A stretch of DNA of 64,000 nt, taken from contig OY776510.1 in NCBI GenBank assembly GCA_963675665.1, positions 2,272,001 through 2,336,000 of the forward strand, given 5' to 3'. The translations under genes were made by a program, and so were the position numbers. The notes below the pieces were generated by a model that ran no database searches, was not told the DNA's origin, and saw only the letters and a program-made list of their open reading frames with translations. This DNA comes from Spirochaetia bacterium (GTDB taxonomy: Bacteria; Spirochaetota; Spirochaetia; UBA9216). Shown piece after piece: positions 27,245 to 37,379 of this stretch. Positions within the stretch are counted from its first letter, which is position 1; the number at the start of each line of letters is the position of its first letter.

Positions 27245-29557
27245 ATGAATGAGATTAAATTTTATGCACATTCTACAAAAATGGGTGATAAATCTGATTG
27301 GCAATTACTTGAAACTCATCTTTCTGAAGTTGCTCAGTTAACAGAAAAATTCTCTGAGAGTTTTGGAGTCGGAGAGTGTGGTCGAATCGCTGGTCTTCTT
27401 CACGATTTAGGTAAATACACAAAGTCATTTCAGGGATATCTGGAACGCAGTCAGCGAGGCGAAACTGTAAAACGTGGTGAAGTTATTCATGCTTTACAGG
27501 GAGCAAAGTATGCAGAACAAATAATTTGCGATAATGTACTTTCGGATATAATTGGTAATGTCATCGCGTCTCATCATGGAGGCTTGTTTGACAATATTTT
27601 TGATGGGGAGAGGACGTTATCAGTAAAGACAGATAAAGGTGAAGATAGTTTACATTATGCAGAAGTTATAAATCACTTCAGTCCTGAAATTAATGAAATA
27701 AAAGTGAAAGAGGAAATCCTTAACTTTTGTAAAACAATTCAACGAAGAGGGTTAAAAAGTCCTTCTTTTATGCTCCATTTTATAACAAAAGCAATTTATT
27801 CGTGTGTTGTGGATGCAGATAGATCTAACAGTGCGGGGATAGAAGTCAGCGATGCAATTCCAAATTGGGAAAAGTCAATTCAACAATTAGAAACTTATCT
27901 TGAAGCTTTTTTAGCGATAAATGATATCGATAAAATTCGTACACAAATATCAGAGCAGTGCCAAACAGCTGGCAGAAAACCGCAGGGAATTTATACTTTA
28001 TCCGTTCCGACAGGCGGCGGGAAAACATTATCTAGCATGCGTTTTGCTTTAGAACATGTTAATGCACATAACCTTAAAAGAATAATCTATGTTATTCCTT
28101 ATTTATCTATTCTTGATCAAACTGCAGAGAAATTACATGAAGTTTTTTCTGATGAAAGAGATGACTTAATTCTTGAGCATCATTCAAACATCGAACCACC
28201 TGAAGATGATAATGAAGAAGACGAATACCGTTTACTAACTTCAAGGTGGGATAGTCCAATTATTTTAACTACAATGGTTCAGTTTTTAGAGACAATATAC
28301 AGTAATAAATCTTCAAAGCTTCGTAAATTCCATAATATGTCAGATTCGGTTTTAATCTTTGATGAGATACAGGCCTTGCCGATAAAATGTATCCATCTTT
28401 TTAACGATGCAATTAATTTCCTGCAAGTAGCCGGCGGATCAACAATCTTACTTTGTACAGCGACTCAGCCCCATCTCCATATGGTGGACCGTCCGGTGCT
28501 GTTGGCTGAGAACCCGGATATCGTAAATATTACAGCGGAAGAGTTAAGCGTTTTCGAGAGAGTTCATATCAAAGACATTACTCAAAAGGTAATGGATTAC
28601 GAAGAAATAACCGAACTTGTTCGTACTCAAATTGAACAGGAAAAGAGTACCCTTGTAATTATGAACACGAAAAGGGATTCCCTCGCTTTATATGAACAAT
28701 GTAGGTCTATTGATTGTGAAAGAGCATTGTTGACGACTGATCTTTGCCCAGCCCATCGTTTGGAAGTACTTAGACTGTTACGTAATAATCTGGCCCCTGA
28801 ATCAAAGCAAGTAATATTATGCATAAGTACACAACTGATTGAGGCCGGTGTAGATGTGTCGTTTGATTGTGTCATTCGTGCAGAAGCGGGTATGGACAGT
28901 ATTATTCAGGCAGCCGGGCGTTGTAATCGAAATAAAGAAAATTCAATACCTCAGTCGGTATTTGTTGTTGATGTTCAGGGGGAAAAGCTTTCCCGGCTTC
29001 CAGAAATAAAGGAAGCAAAAAGTGTAACAAAAACAGTATTCCACGAAAAGCAGGGAGCTGATTTACTAAGTCCTGATGTTGTGAATTTATTCTATAAGTA
29101 TCATTTCTATGATCAGAAAAATAGAATGGATTATGACACTAAGGATGGTAAAACAACCGTCTATAATTTATTAAATATTAATAGCTTAGGAATGGGCGCA
29201 TACAAGGATCGAAATAGTGAAAAACAATACAACGGGTTGCCTTGTGCTTTTAAAACTGCTGCAGAAGAATTTTCTGTAATTGGGGGAGGTCAAATCGGTA
29301 TTGTTGTTCCTTATGGTGATGCTATGGATCTTGTAGATGATTTTATACAAAGTTTTAAACCTAAAAATAAAATACGCATTCTTAAGCAGTTGCAGAAATA
29401 TACGGTTTCTGTCTATTCGAATAAATTAGAAAAACTTATACAAGAGCGTGCAATCAGGCCTATAGAAGATTCTTTCTATCTTTTAGATTCAGAATATTAT
29501 GATTCTGAGGAGAAGGGATTATTAATAAATTCAAAATTTTCCTTTTTGTATGTATAG
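27245..29557 (+). CDS. cas3: CRISPR-associated HD nuclease/helicase Cas3
   Basis: YAHS, LLHDLGK, SHHGG, VDADR, PTGGGKT, EHHSN, FDEIQ, TATQP, QAAGRCNR. Confidence 0.96.
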   Translation: MNEIKFYAHSTKMGDKSDWQLLETHLSEVAQLTEKFSESFGVGECGRIAGLLHDLGKYTKSFQGYLERSQRGETVKRGEVIHALQGAKYAEQIICDNVLSDIIGNVIASHHGGLFDNIFDGERTLSVKTDKGEDSLHYAEVINHFSPEINEIKVKEEILNFCKTIQRRGLKSPSFMLHFITKAIYSCVVDADRSNSAGIEVSDAIPNWEKSIQQLETYLEAFLAINDIDKIRTQISEQCQTAGRKPQGIYTLSVPTGGGKTLSSMRFALEHVNAHNLKRIIYVIPYLSILDQTAEKLHEVFSDERDDLILEHHSNIEPPEDDNEEDEYRLLTSRWDSPIILTTMVQFLETIYSNKSSKLRKFHNMSDSVLIFDEIQALPIKCIHLFNDAINFLQVAGGSTILLCTATQPHLHMVDRPVLLAENPDIVNITAEELSVFERVHIKDITQKVMDYEEITELVRTQIEQEKSTLVIMNTKRDSLALYEQCRSIDCERALLTTDLCPAHRLEVLRLLRNNLAPESKQVILCISTQLIEAGVDVSFDCVIRAEAGMDSIIQAAGRCNRNKENSIPQSVFVVDVQGEKLSRLPEIKEAKSVTKTVFHEKQGADLLSPDVVNLFYKYHFYDQKNRMDYDTKDGKTTVYNLLNINSLGMGAYKDRNSEKQYNGLPCAFKTAAEEFSVIGGGQIGIVVPYGDAMDLVDDFIQSFKPKNKIRILKQLQKYTVSVYSNKLEKLIQERAIRPIEDSFYLLDSEYYDSEEKGLLINSKFSFLYV

Positions 29558-29566
29558 AGGTGAAAT

Positions 29567-30305
29567 ATGGATAAAAAATGGAATTCGGTGGAGTTTAAGA
29601 TCACGGGACGATACGCAATGTTTGCCGACCCAGTCACGCGGGTAGGCGGTGAAAAGTTTTCATATCAGGTTCCAACTTATCAGGCACTTAAAGGTATTTT
29701 GGAAAGTGTGTATTGGAAGCCGACTTTTATCTGGTATATCGATAAAGTTCGTATAATGAAAAAAAATACAAACCGAGTCAAAAGGCATTAAGCCAATTAA
29801 AATGAGCGGTGGTAATGATCTCTCGTATTACACTTATTTACGTGATGTGGAATATAAGGTCATGGCCCATTTTGATTGGAATTATAAACATAAAAACTTA
29901 GATAATGATCGCGACGAAAATAAGCACCACAACATCGCTAAACGTAGCATAAAAAAAGGAGGAAGGCGTGACATTTTCCTTGGGTCACGGGAATGCCAGG
30001 GGTATGTTGAACCCTGTGTTTTGGGAGGAGAGAAGGGTTTTTACGATAACTATGGAGAATTGGATTTCGGTGTAATGTTTCATGGATACGATTATCCTGA
30101 TGAGACTGGGAATGATGAGCTTGTTGTCCGTTTATGGAGGGCAAAGATGAAAGACGGACTAATTGAGTTTCCTATGCCGAAGAATTGTGATCCTGCCATG
30201 AAACGTTTTATACGCAAAATGACTGCAAAAGAATTTGAGAATAAGCGTAACTTTTCACTAATCGATGAAGATCCTTCTATAGCGGATACATTATTGGAGG
30301 TATAG
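29567..30305 (+). pseudogene. cas5: Type I-C Cas5 (Cas5d) split by a +1 frameshift in an A8 run
   Basis: ORF 29567-29791 ([26 protein letters not shown]) and ORF 29802-30305 (YLRDVEY, GGRRDIFLGSRECQG) join into one Cas5d ([20 protein letters not shown]) if one A is removed from 29759-29766. It could be a sequencing error. Confidence 0.9.
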
Positions 30306-30306
30306 A

Positions 30307-32301
30307 ATGGGATTCTGGCAAAACTTAGCAGATAGTTACGATAAAAATGTTGATATTTTAGGAAAACTCTATCCTCTCTCGACAACCTCAATTTCCAATA
30401 ACAGTGACATGATTGTCATCATTGTTATTGATGGAGATGGCAATTTTGTCCGTTTCGATAAAATTGAGAAAATATCTAATCAAACCAAAAAAGGTCATGG
30501 AAATCCTCTCGTCAATATCACGATTCCGGTTACTGAAGAGAGTATGGGACGATCAAGCGGTATTTCGCCACATCCTGTTTTTGATCAATTCGGATATTTA
30601 AGAGGAGATGGCGATAAATTCAAAGCTTACATCGAACAGTTTAAAGGATTTGCCACATCTAAATTCGCAACAAAACAGGTAATGACCATCTTTCAGTATG
30701 CTGAAAAGGGAAATATTGCTCTTAATTTATCAGAAATCGGAATGAAAGAAAAAACAAACATCCTCTTTCAAGTAGAAATATCGGGGCAATCACAATCTAA
30801 AGTTTGGGAAGACGAAACGTTTTTTAATGCCTGGCATCAATATTATCTGGATGTAAAGGACAAACGGGCTGAAGCGAAAAAAACAGGTGAATATAGACTG
30901 GCAAGCAAAACAAAATTATCTTCAGAGGAAAAGGAACAAAAGAAAGAACTGGGAAAAATAAAAGATGTAATATCTTTGGACTATATTACAGGTTACGGGA
31001 AACAGCCGATTGCTACTTTTCACCCTAAAAAAATTTCCAATGCCTCTGCAAATTCAAAACTTGTATCGGATAACGATACAGCGAATTATACATTTCGAGG
31101 TAAATTCGAAGACTCCCTGCAAGCGGTATCCATTGGGTACGAGACCTCCCAGAAAGCCCATCAGTTTCTACGTTATCTTATTAATGATCGGGGATACTAT
31201 TGCGGCGAACAAGTGCTTTTATCTTTTACCATTGGTTCCAATGAAAAGCTGTTAGCTCCACCAATCAATAATGATAGTATAACATCTTTTTTGAAAGAAG
31301 CTATAACCCTAACGGACAAAGACAGGGAAATCGAACTTCATGCTGAAACAGGGATTGATTACGCAAAGATATTAAAAAAGGCACTTGATGGTTTTAAATA
31401 CAATAAAAAGTTAGAGCATGCAAAAACAGCGGTAATAGCTTTAGATGCGGCTACGACCGGGCGATTATCCATTACCTTTTATCGTGAATTGGATCGAAAT
31501 GAATATCTTGAAAGAATATTAGACTGGCATGAAGGCTGTAAATGGAATCAAAAATTCTGGGATAAAGAGGAAGGACGATACGTTCCTTATACAGGAGCCC
31601 CATCCGTTGATACGATTATTGAAGCCGTCTATGGAAAACCTCGTGGGGGTAAAGATGAGAGCTATACTAAAATAAAAAAGGCTGCCAGAGAGCGTATTTT
31701 ACGTTGCATTTTTGATGGCTCTCCTTTACCTCTGGATTATGTAGTAACAGCATCACGGCGGGCATCAAATCCATTGGGAATTACAAGTAGAAGTAAATTT
31801 GATCGAAATAGTTTTTTACAAGTCGTTTCAACGGCATGTGCACTAATAAGAAAGAATAATATACAACAAAAAAAGGAGGAATATAAATTGAGTATTGAGC
31901 ATGATAGAACTGACCGCGATTACCTGTACGGCAGATTGTTGGGCGCTGCAGACAAATTGGAGGAATATGCCTTAAATAAACAGGGAAATGATCGATTAGT
32001 GACAGCTGCAATCAGACATATGCAGGCCTTTTCACAGCATCCGTTTCGAACATGGAAAACAATACACGATAGTTTGATACCTTATATTCAAAAGGTTAAA
32101 GGAAGTTTTGCCTTTGATGAAATTCAAGCTGTGAATAAACTTTTTATACCCGGTGAATACGAGAAGGATCTGCCGTTAAGTGGTTCCTATTTGATCGGGT
32201 ATTACCATGAACGCGCCTACATTGAGAATTTGGCTAAGATTGCCAGTGATAAAAAGAAAGGAAAAAATGGTAGCGAAAAGGAGAATAACAATGACAGATA
32301 A
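30307..32301 (+). CDS. cas8c: Type I-C large subunit Cas8c (Csd1)
   Basis: PVTEESMGRSS, KLVSDND, SQKAH, LDAATTGRLSITFY, DYLYGRLL, YLIGYYH. Confidence 0.95.
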   Translation: MGFWQNLADSYDKNVDILGKLYPLSTTSISNNSDMIVIIVIDGDGNFVRFDKIEKISNQTKKGHGNPLVNITIPVTEESMGRSSGISPHPVFDQFGYLRGDGDKFKAYIEQFKGFATSKFATKQVMTIFQYAEKGNIALNLSEIGMKEKTNILFQVEISGQSQSKVWEDETFFNAWHQYYLDVKDKRAEAKKTGEYRLASKTKLSSEEKEQKKELGKIKDVISLDYITGYGKQPIATFHPKKISNASANSKLVSDNDTANYTFRGKFEDSLQAVSIGYETSQKAHQFLRYLINDRGYYCGEQVLLSFTIGSNEKLLAPPINNDSITSFLKEAITLTDKDREIELHAETGIDYAKILKKALDGFKYNKKLEHAKTAVIALDAATTGRLSITFYRELDRNEYLERILDWHEGCKWNQKFWDKEEGRYVPYTGAPSVDTIIEAVYGKPRGGKDESYTKIKKAARERILRCIFDGSPLPLDYVVTASRRASNPLGITSRSKFDRNSFLQVVSTACALIRKNNIQQKKEEYKLSIEHDRTDRDYLYGRLLGAADKLEEYALNKQGNDRLVTAAIRHMQAFSQHPFRTWKTIHDSLIPYIQKVKGSFAFDEIQAVNKLFIPGEYEKDLPLSGSYLIGYYHERAYIENLAKIASDKKKGKNGSEKENNNDR

Positions 32302-33142
32302 TAACACACTTACAAACAAGATTGATTTTGCGGTAATTATTTCTGTAAAAAGAGCGAACCCTAACGGAGATCCCCTGAATGGGAATCGCCCCCGTCAGAC
32401 GTATGATGGATATGGTGAAATTTCTGATGTTTGCCTTAAACGTAAAATTCGTAATCGCCTCCAAGATTTGGGCGAATCAATTTTTGTTCAGTCGGATGAT
32501 AACCGTGTCGATGATTTCCGTTCGCTAAACGATCGTTTTAAAGCAGCAAACCTTGGTAAAGATACAAGAGACGAATCTTGTAAAAAATGGTTTGATGTAC
32601 GGGCTTTTGGACAGGTTTTTGCCTTTAAATCAAAAAAGAATAAAGAAGCGGATAGCTCAGAAGAAAATGCCGATGCAGTGTCTGTAGGAATACGTGGTCC
32701 AGTAAGCATTCAGAGTGCTTTCAGTTTGGAATCGATTACACCTGAAAGTTTACAGATAACGAAAAGTGTCAATTTGGAAACTAACATAAAAGAACCGGAT
32801 AAAAAAGGCTCCGACACAATGGGTATGAAACATAGGGTTGATAAGGGAATTTATGTAACCTATGGAGCTATCAATACCCAGCTTGCTAGTAAAACCGGCT
32901 TTTCTGATGATGATGCAGAAAAAGTAAAATTGGCTTTACAAACTTTGTTTGTAAATGATGCTTCTTCTGCCCGTCCTGAAGGCAGTATGGAAGTGAAAAA
33001 AGTTATCTGGTGGGAACACAGTTCCAAAACAGGGCAATACTCGTCAGCAAAGGTTCATGGCTCCCTCATTGTGAATTCTGATGGTAGCTATACATTGAAT
33101 AATCTTGATGGTCTGGTTCCAAAAGAACTAGATGGTCAGTAA
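32291..33142 (+). CDS. cas7: Type I-C Cas7 (Csd2)
   Basis: ANPNGDPLNGNRPR, SDVCLKRKIRN, DVRAFGQVF, GIRGPVS, ITKS, DASSARPEG; AGGAG RBS before ATG 32291. Confidence 0.96.
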   Translation: MTDNNTLTNKIDFAVIISVKRANPNGDPLNGNRPRQTYDGYGEISDVCLKRKIRNRLQDLGESIFVQSDDNRVDDFRSLNDRFKAANLGKDTRDESCKKWFDVRAFGQVFAFKSKKNKEADSSEENADAVSVGIRGPVSIQSAFSLESITPESLQITKSVNLETNIKEPDKKGSDTMGMKHRVDKGIYVTYGAINTQLASKTGFSDDDAEKVKLALQTLFVNDASSARPEGSMEVKKVIWWEHSSKTGQYSSAKVHGSLIVNSDGSYTLNNLDGLVPKELDGQ

Positions 33143-33159
33143 TCCTAAGGAGTCACCCC

Positions 33160-33993
33160 ATGTCTGATCAAATCGCCGTCTTTCAGGGAAAATCGATCCG
33201 TAAAACCATCTATCAAAACGAATGGTGGTTTTCCGTTGCTGATGTTGTCGAAATCTTGAGCGACACTAGTGATCCCAAACAGTACATCAAGAAAATGAGA
33301 CAACGGGACCAGGAACTGAACTCCAAGTGGGGTACAATTTGTACCCCACTTGAATTGTTAGCTCCCGACGGGAAGAAAAGGAAAACCAACTGCGCCAACA
33401 CTGAAGGAATATTCCGCATCATCCAGTCCATTCCCTCTCCCAAAGCGGAACCATTCAAACGCTGGCTGGCCAAAGTCGGATACGAACGGATACAGGAAAT
33501 TGAAGATCCTGAACTGACCATCCGGAGGATGAGGGAAACCTACATCATTAAGGGATACAGCGAAGAATGGATTGAAAAACGTCTTCGTGGAATGGAAGTA
33601 CGAAAGGACCTGACGGAAGAGTGGGACAAGAGGGGAGTTAAGGAAGAAAAGGACTATGCCATCTTAACGGCGGAGATCAGTAAAGCGGCTTTCGGTATGA
33701 CGCCGGAACAATACAAACACCATAAAGGTCTGGATAAACCCTCTGAAAACCTTCGGGACCATATGACCGATCTTGAGCTGATCTTTACCATGCTGGGAGA
33801 AGCCTCGACAACCGAAATAGCCCGAAACAGAGATGCTCAGGGTTTTGAGCAAAACAAAAAAGCTTCCAGAGAAGGTGGAGAGGTTGCGGGAAGTGCAAGA
33901 AATGAACTGGAAAAGCGTTCGGGGCGTATGGTGGTATCCAAGAACAACTATAAGGGAATTCCTGAAAAAGAAATGAGGAAAAAACTGGAATAA
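33160..33993 (+). CDS. BRO-N domain DNA-binding protein
   Basis: EWWFSVADVV, RIIQSIPSPKAEPFKRWLAKVG, NLRDHMTDLEL. Confidence 0.9.
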   Translation: MSDQIAVFQGKSIRKTIYQNEWWFSVADVVEILSDTSDPKQYIKKMRQRDQELNSKWGTICTPLELLAPDGKKRKTNCANTEGIFRIIQSIPSPKAEPFKRWLAKVGYERIQEIEDPELTIRRMRETYIIKGYSEEWIEKRLRGMEVRKDLTEEWDKRGVKEEKDYAILTAEISKAAFGMTPEQYKHHKGLDKPSENLRDHMTDLELIFTMLGEASTTEIARNRDAQGFEQNKKASREGGEVAGSARNELEKRSGRMVVSKNNYKGIPEKEMRKKLE

Positions 33994-33996
33994 GGC

Positions 33997-34089
33997 ATGT
34001 ATACTAATGACTCGGACTTGCTCATGATCTACGCCCCGCGATATTACATATTCTGTCCCAGTCAATGCGCGTTGATTCATATAGAGTAG
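33997..34089 (+). pseudogene. cas4: Degenerate 5' remnant of a second cas4
   Basis: Translates MYTNDSDLLMIYAPRYYIFCPSQCALIHIE*, aligning to the intact Cas4 MFDEEDLVPISALQHVLFCERQYALIHLEQ, with TAG at the Gln position. Confidence 0.8.
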
Positions 34090-34135
34090 GCTTGAACAGT
34101 TTTAATGGGTACATACGTTTAAATTCTTTTCCTAA

Positions 34136-34192
34136 TTGACGCCAACTCTATTGGCGATTATTATAATATATGCCAACTCTATTGGCGATTAT
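34136..34192 (+). promoter_or_regulatory. Internal promoter with two identical 21-bp palindromic operators
   Basis: TTGACG-N17-TATTAT; GCCAACTCTATTGGCGATTAT at 34141-34161 and 34172-34192, each containing GCCAA-N5-TTGGC. Confidence 0.7.
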
Positions 34193-34220
34193 AAGCATTT
34201 TCGACTATTTAGGGGAGTTT

Positions 34221-35402
34221 ATGAGTGAGTACAGGAACCGTGCTATTGATTTAAGGGAGTTGCTTGCCGAAAGGTCGCTTTTTTTACTGGGACCGAGGCA
34301 GACGGGGAAGTCTTCTTTTGTACGGGAAGAATTATCCGGAGTTCCTGCGCTTTCATATAATCTGCTTGACAACAGTCTTCGTTTCAGGCTTACAGCTGAT
34401 CCGTCATATATGCGTCAGGAAATTGAGGCAAAGGGGTTTAGAGACTGTGTTGTTTTCATCGACGAGATTCAGAAGTGTCCGTTTCTGCTGGATGAGGTGC
34501 ATCTTCTTATCGAGGAAAGGGGTGTTCGGTTTCTCCTTACCGGCTCAAGCGCCAGAAAGCTCCGAAGCGCTGGGGTAAATCTTCTGGGTGGAAGGGCCAG
34601 AACCAGGGCTATGCATCCATTTGTTTATCCCGAAGTAGCCGGAACGGATTTTTCCCTTGAACGGATGATGAACAGCGGCCTGTTGCCTCCACACTATCTG
34701 TCTTCAAACCCTGTCGAGGATCTGGATGCTTATGTGAATACTTATCTTGCGGAAGAGATAGCGGCTGAAGGCGCTTCGAGAAATATTCCTGCTTTTGCAC
34801 GATTTTTGCAGGTTGCAGCAGCTACTAATGCGAGAATGATTAATTATACCAATGTGGCAGGCGATGCCCAGGTGCCCCGGCAGACTGTGCGGTCATGGTA
34901 TCAGATTTTAACCGACACGCTTCTTGGTTATGAACTGTCTCCGTATACCAGGACTGTAAAGAGAAAACCGATAGAAACTGCCAAGTTTTATTTCTTTGAT
35001 ATCGGAATTGTCAGAATACTGCGAAGACTCCCCGCGGTTGTTCCGGAAAGTTCCGATTTCGGCGAGTTTTTTGAGCATTTTATTTTTATGGAACTGCGTG
35101 CGTGGATTGATTACCGTAAACCAAATACCGGATTGTCCTACTGGCGTTCAAATACGGGTTTTGAGGTTGATTTTATCCTGGACAATAATATTGCCGTTGA
35201 GGTTAAATCGGCGACTGTTATCCATGACAAGCATTTGAAGGGACTTAAGGCTTTGAGGGAAGAGGGGATAATAAGCAGATACTTTCTGGTCTGCAGGGAA
35301 CCAAGGCAGCGTCTTGTTGACGGTATCCATATAATGCCGTGGCAGGATTTCCTTGAGCGCCTGTGGTCTGATGAGTTTTCCAGGGATTTGGGGAATGTTT
35401 GA
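34221..35402 (+). CDS. AAA+ ATPase (AAA_14) with DUF4143 and a C-terminal PD-(D/E)XK-like motif
   Basis: GPRQTGKS, FIDEIQ, LTGSS, KFYFFDIG, FEHF, YWRS..EVDF..AVEVKS; GGGGAG RBS before ATG 34221. Confidence 0.9.
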   Translation: MSEYRNRAIDLRELLAERSLFLLGPRQTGKSSFVREELSGVPALSYNLLDNSLRFRLTADPSYMRQEIEAKGFRDCVVFIDEIQKCPFLLDEVHLLIEERGVRFLLTGSSARKLRSAGVNLLGGRARTRAMHPFVYPEVAGTDFSLERMMNSGLLPPHYLSSNPVEDLDAYVNTYLAEEIAAEGASRNIPAFARFLQVAAATNARMINYTNVAGDAQVPRQTVRSWYQILTDTLLGYELSPYTRTVKRKPIETAKFYFFDIGIVRILRRLPAVVPESSDFGEFFEHFIFMELRAWIDYRKPNTGLSYWRSNTGFEVDFILDNNIAVEVKSATVIHDKHLKGLKALREEGIISRYFLVCREPRQRLVDGIHIMPWQDFLERLWSDEFSRDLGNV

Positions 35403-36054
35403 CGAGGAAGATCTTGTCCCGATTTCAGCTTTGCAGCATGTTTTATTCTGTGAGCGCCAGTACGCGCTGATCCATCTTGAGCAGTTGTGGGAAGAGAACC
35501 TTTTCACCGCGGAGGGCAGGATCCTGCATGAACGTGTGGATATTGAGCATCACGAGTCGCGTAGAGATTTTAAAGTTGAATACGGGATGGCTATAAGATC
35601 GCTTGAGTACGGATTAATAGGCAAGGCTGATGTAGTTGAATTCCGGAAAAGCAGTGATGGGGGTTATGTGGAAATTACTCCTGTTGAGTTCAAGCGGGGG
35701 AAAACCAAGACAGAGGACTGGGATAATATTCAGCTTTGTGCTCAGGCTTTATGTCTTGAAGAGATGTTTTTAATCGATATTCAATACGGGCAATTTTACT
35801 ATTTTCAGGAGCATAGACGGAGTGATGTGGATTTTTCGGGAGAGCTTCGGCGTAAAACCACAGATATGATTGACCGGATAAGGGCAATTAACTCACTTAG
35901 AAAAACTCCTGCTGCCGTATATAATAAAAAACGATGTGATTGCTGTTCTATTTCTGACATTTGTATGCCAAGGGCTTTAAACGGCGGAGGTAAAAATGTT
36001 TCAAAATATATGTCGATACAAACCAGCAAAACATTGGCGGATGGTACGGAATAA
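35395..36054 (+). CDS. cas4: CRISPR-associated Cas4
   Basis: ISALQHVLFCERQ, GKADVVEF, PVEFKRG, QLCAQALCLEEM, CDCCSISDIC. Confidence 0.95.
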   Translation: MFDEEDLVPISALQHVLFCERQYALIHLEQLWEENLFTAEGRILHERVDIEHHESRRDFKVEYGMAIRSLEYGLIGKADVVEFRKSSDGGYVEITPVEFKRGKTKTEDWDNIQLCAQALCLEEMFLIDIQYGQFYYFQEHRRSDVDFSGELRRKTTDMIDRIRAINSLRKTPAAVYNKKRCDCCSISDICMPRALNGGGKNVSKYMSIQTSKTLADGTE

Positions 36055-37085
36055 TGAGAAAGCTTCTGAATAATCTGTATGTCAGTACACAGGGCAGTTA
36101 TCTGCACAGAGAGGGTGAAACTATTGTAATTGAACAGGAACAGAAGAAGGTACTTCAACTTCCTATTCATACAATAGGAAATATTGTCTGTTTCGGCAAT
36201 GTGATGTGTTCTCCGCCTCTTTTAGGGTTATGCGCAGAGCGTGATGTAAGTGTGTCGTTTATGACTGAATACGGACGTTTTCTTGCCGCAGTAAGGGGTC
36301 CCGTACGGGGAAATGTTTTACTCAGAAGAGAGCAGTACAGAAAGGCTGATAATGCTGCTATTGTAAGGGATGTAGCAGCAAATATTATAACTGTAAAGCT
36401 GGCAAACTCAAAGGTAGTGCTGAAACGAGCCTATCGTGATCATAATGACAAAGTCGATACTGAAGTTCTTAAAGGCGCTTCGTCACAGATTAACGGTCTT
36501 CTTCAGCTGCTTGATAAAGCAGGGGATACCGAGGAGGTAAGGGGTATTGAAGGAATGGCGGCTGTTCGTTATTTTGGAGTCTTCAATAATCTGATTATCG
36601 ATCAGAAAGAGGATTTTATTTTTAACGACAGGAATCGCAGACCTCCCCTTGATGAGGTAAACGCTCTTTTATCTTTTGCATATACCGTCTTGTCTCATGA
36701 TGTCAGATCTGCACTGGAAACAGTTGGGCTTGATCCTGCTGTGGGTTTTCTTCATCGCGATCGTCCCGGCAGATACGGGTTGGCCCTTGATTTGATGGAA
36801 GAGTTTAGGTCGGTAATTGCCGATCGGCTTGTGTTGTCTTTAATTAATAGAAGGCAAGTTAGCAGATCCGGATTTAAGAAAGCGGAAAACGGCGCTGTAG
36901 TTATGGATCAGGATACTAAAAAAATACTTCTAACAGAGTATCAAAACCGAAAGCAGACTGAGATATATCATCCATATATCGAAGAGAAAATACCTATCGG
37001 TCTTTTATTTTTTATTCAGGCAAATTTAATGGCCAGGTTCATAAGAGGCGACATAGACGGATATCCCGCTTTTTTTTGGAGGTGA
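36054..37085 (+). CDS. cas1: Type I-C Cas1
   Basis: MRKLLNNLYV, GNVLLRREQY, RGIEG, RRPPLDEVNALLSF, GFLHRDRPGR, LALDLMEEFR. Confidence 0.97.
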   Translation: MRKLLNNLYVSTQGSYLHREGETIVIEQEQKKVLQLPIHTIGNIVCFGNVMCSPPLLGLCAERDVSVSFMTEYGRFLAAVRGPVRGNVLLRREQYRKADNAAIVRDVAANIITVKLANSKVVLKRAYRDHNDKVDTEVLKGASSQINGLLQLLDKAGDTEEVRGIEGMAAVRYFGVFNNLIIDQKEDFIFNDRNRRPPLDEVNALLSFAYTVLSHDVRSALETVGLDPAVGFLHRDRPGRYGLALDLMEEFRSVIADRLVLSLINRRQVSRSGFKKAENGAVVMDQDTKKILLTEYQNRKQTEIYHPYIEEKIPIGLLFFIQANLMARFIRGDIDGYPAFFWR

Positions 37086-37088
37086 GTT

Positions 37089-37379
37089 ATGATGGTTTTA
37101 GTAAGCTACGATGTAGCCGTATCAACAGACGGCGGGCAGAGAAGGCTAAGGCGAATTGCTAAGGCTTGCCAAAATTATGGTCAGAGAGTCCAATTTTCAG
37201 TATTTGAATGCGTAGTTGATCCGGCCCAGTGGGCAAAATTAAAGAACAATCTGGAAAAAATAATTGATAAGGATAAAGACAGCTTACGGTATTACTACTT
37301 GGGAGCAAATTATAAAAAAAGAGTGGAACATGTCGGAGCAAAGGCTTCCATTGATATCGACAGCCCTATAATTGTCTGA
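37089..37379 (+). CDS. cas2: Cas2
   Basis: VSYDV, RRLRRIAKAC, GQRVQFSVFEC, DSLRYY. Confidence 0.97.
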   Translation: MMVLVSYDVAVSTDGGQRRLRRIAKACQNYGQRVQFSVFECVVDPAQWAKLKNNLEKIIDKDKDSLRYYYLGANYKKRVEHVGAKASIDIDSPIIV

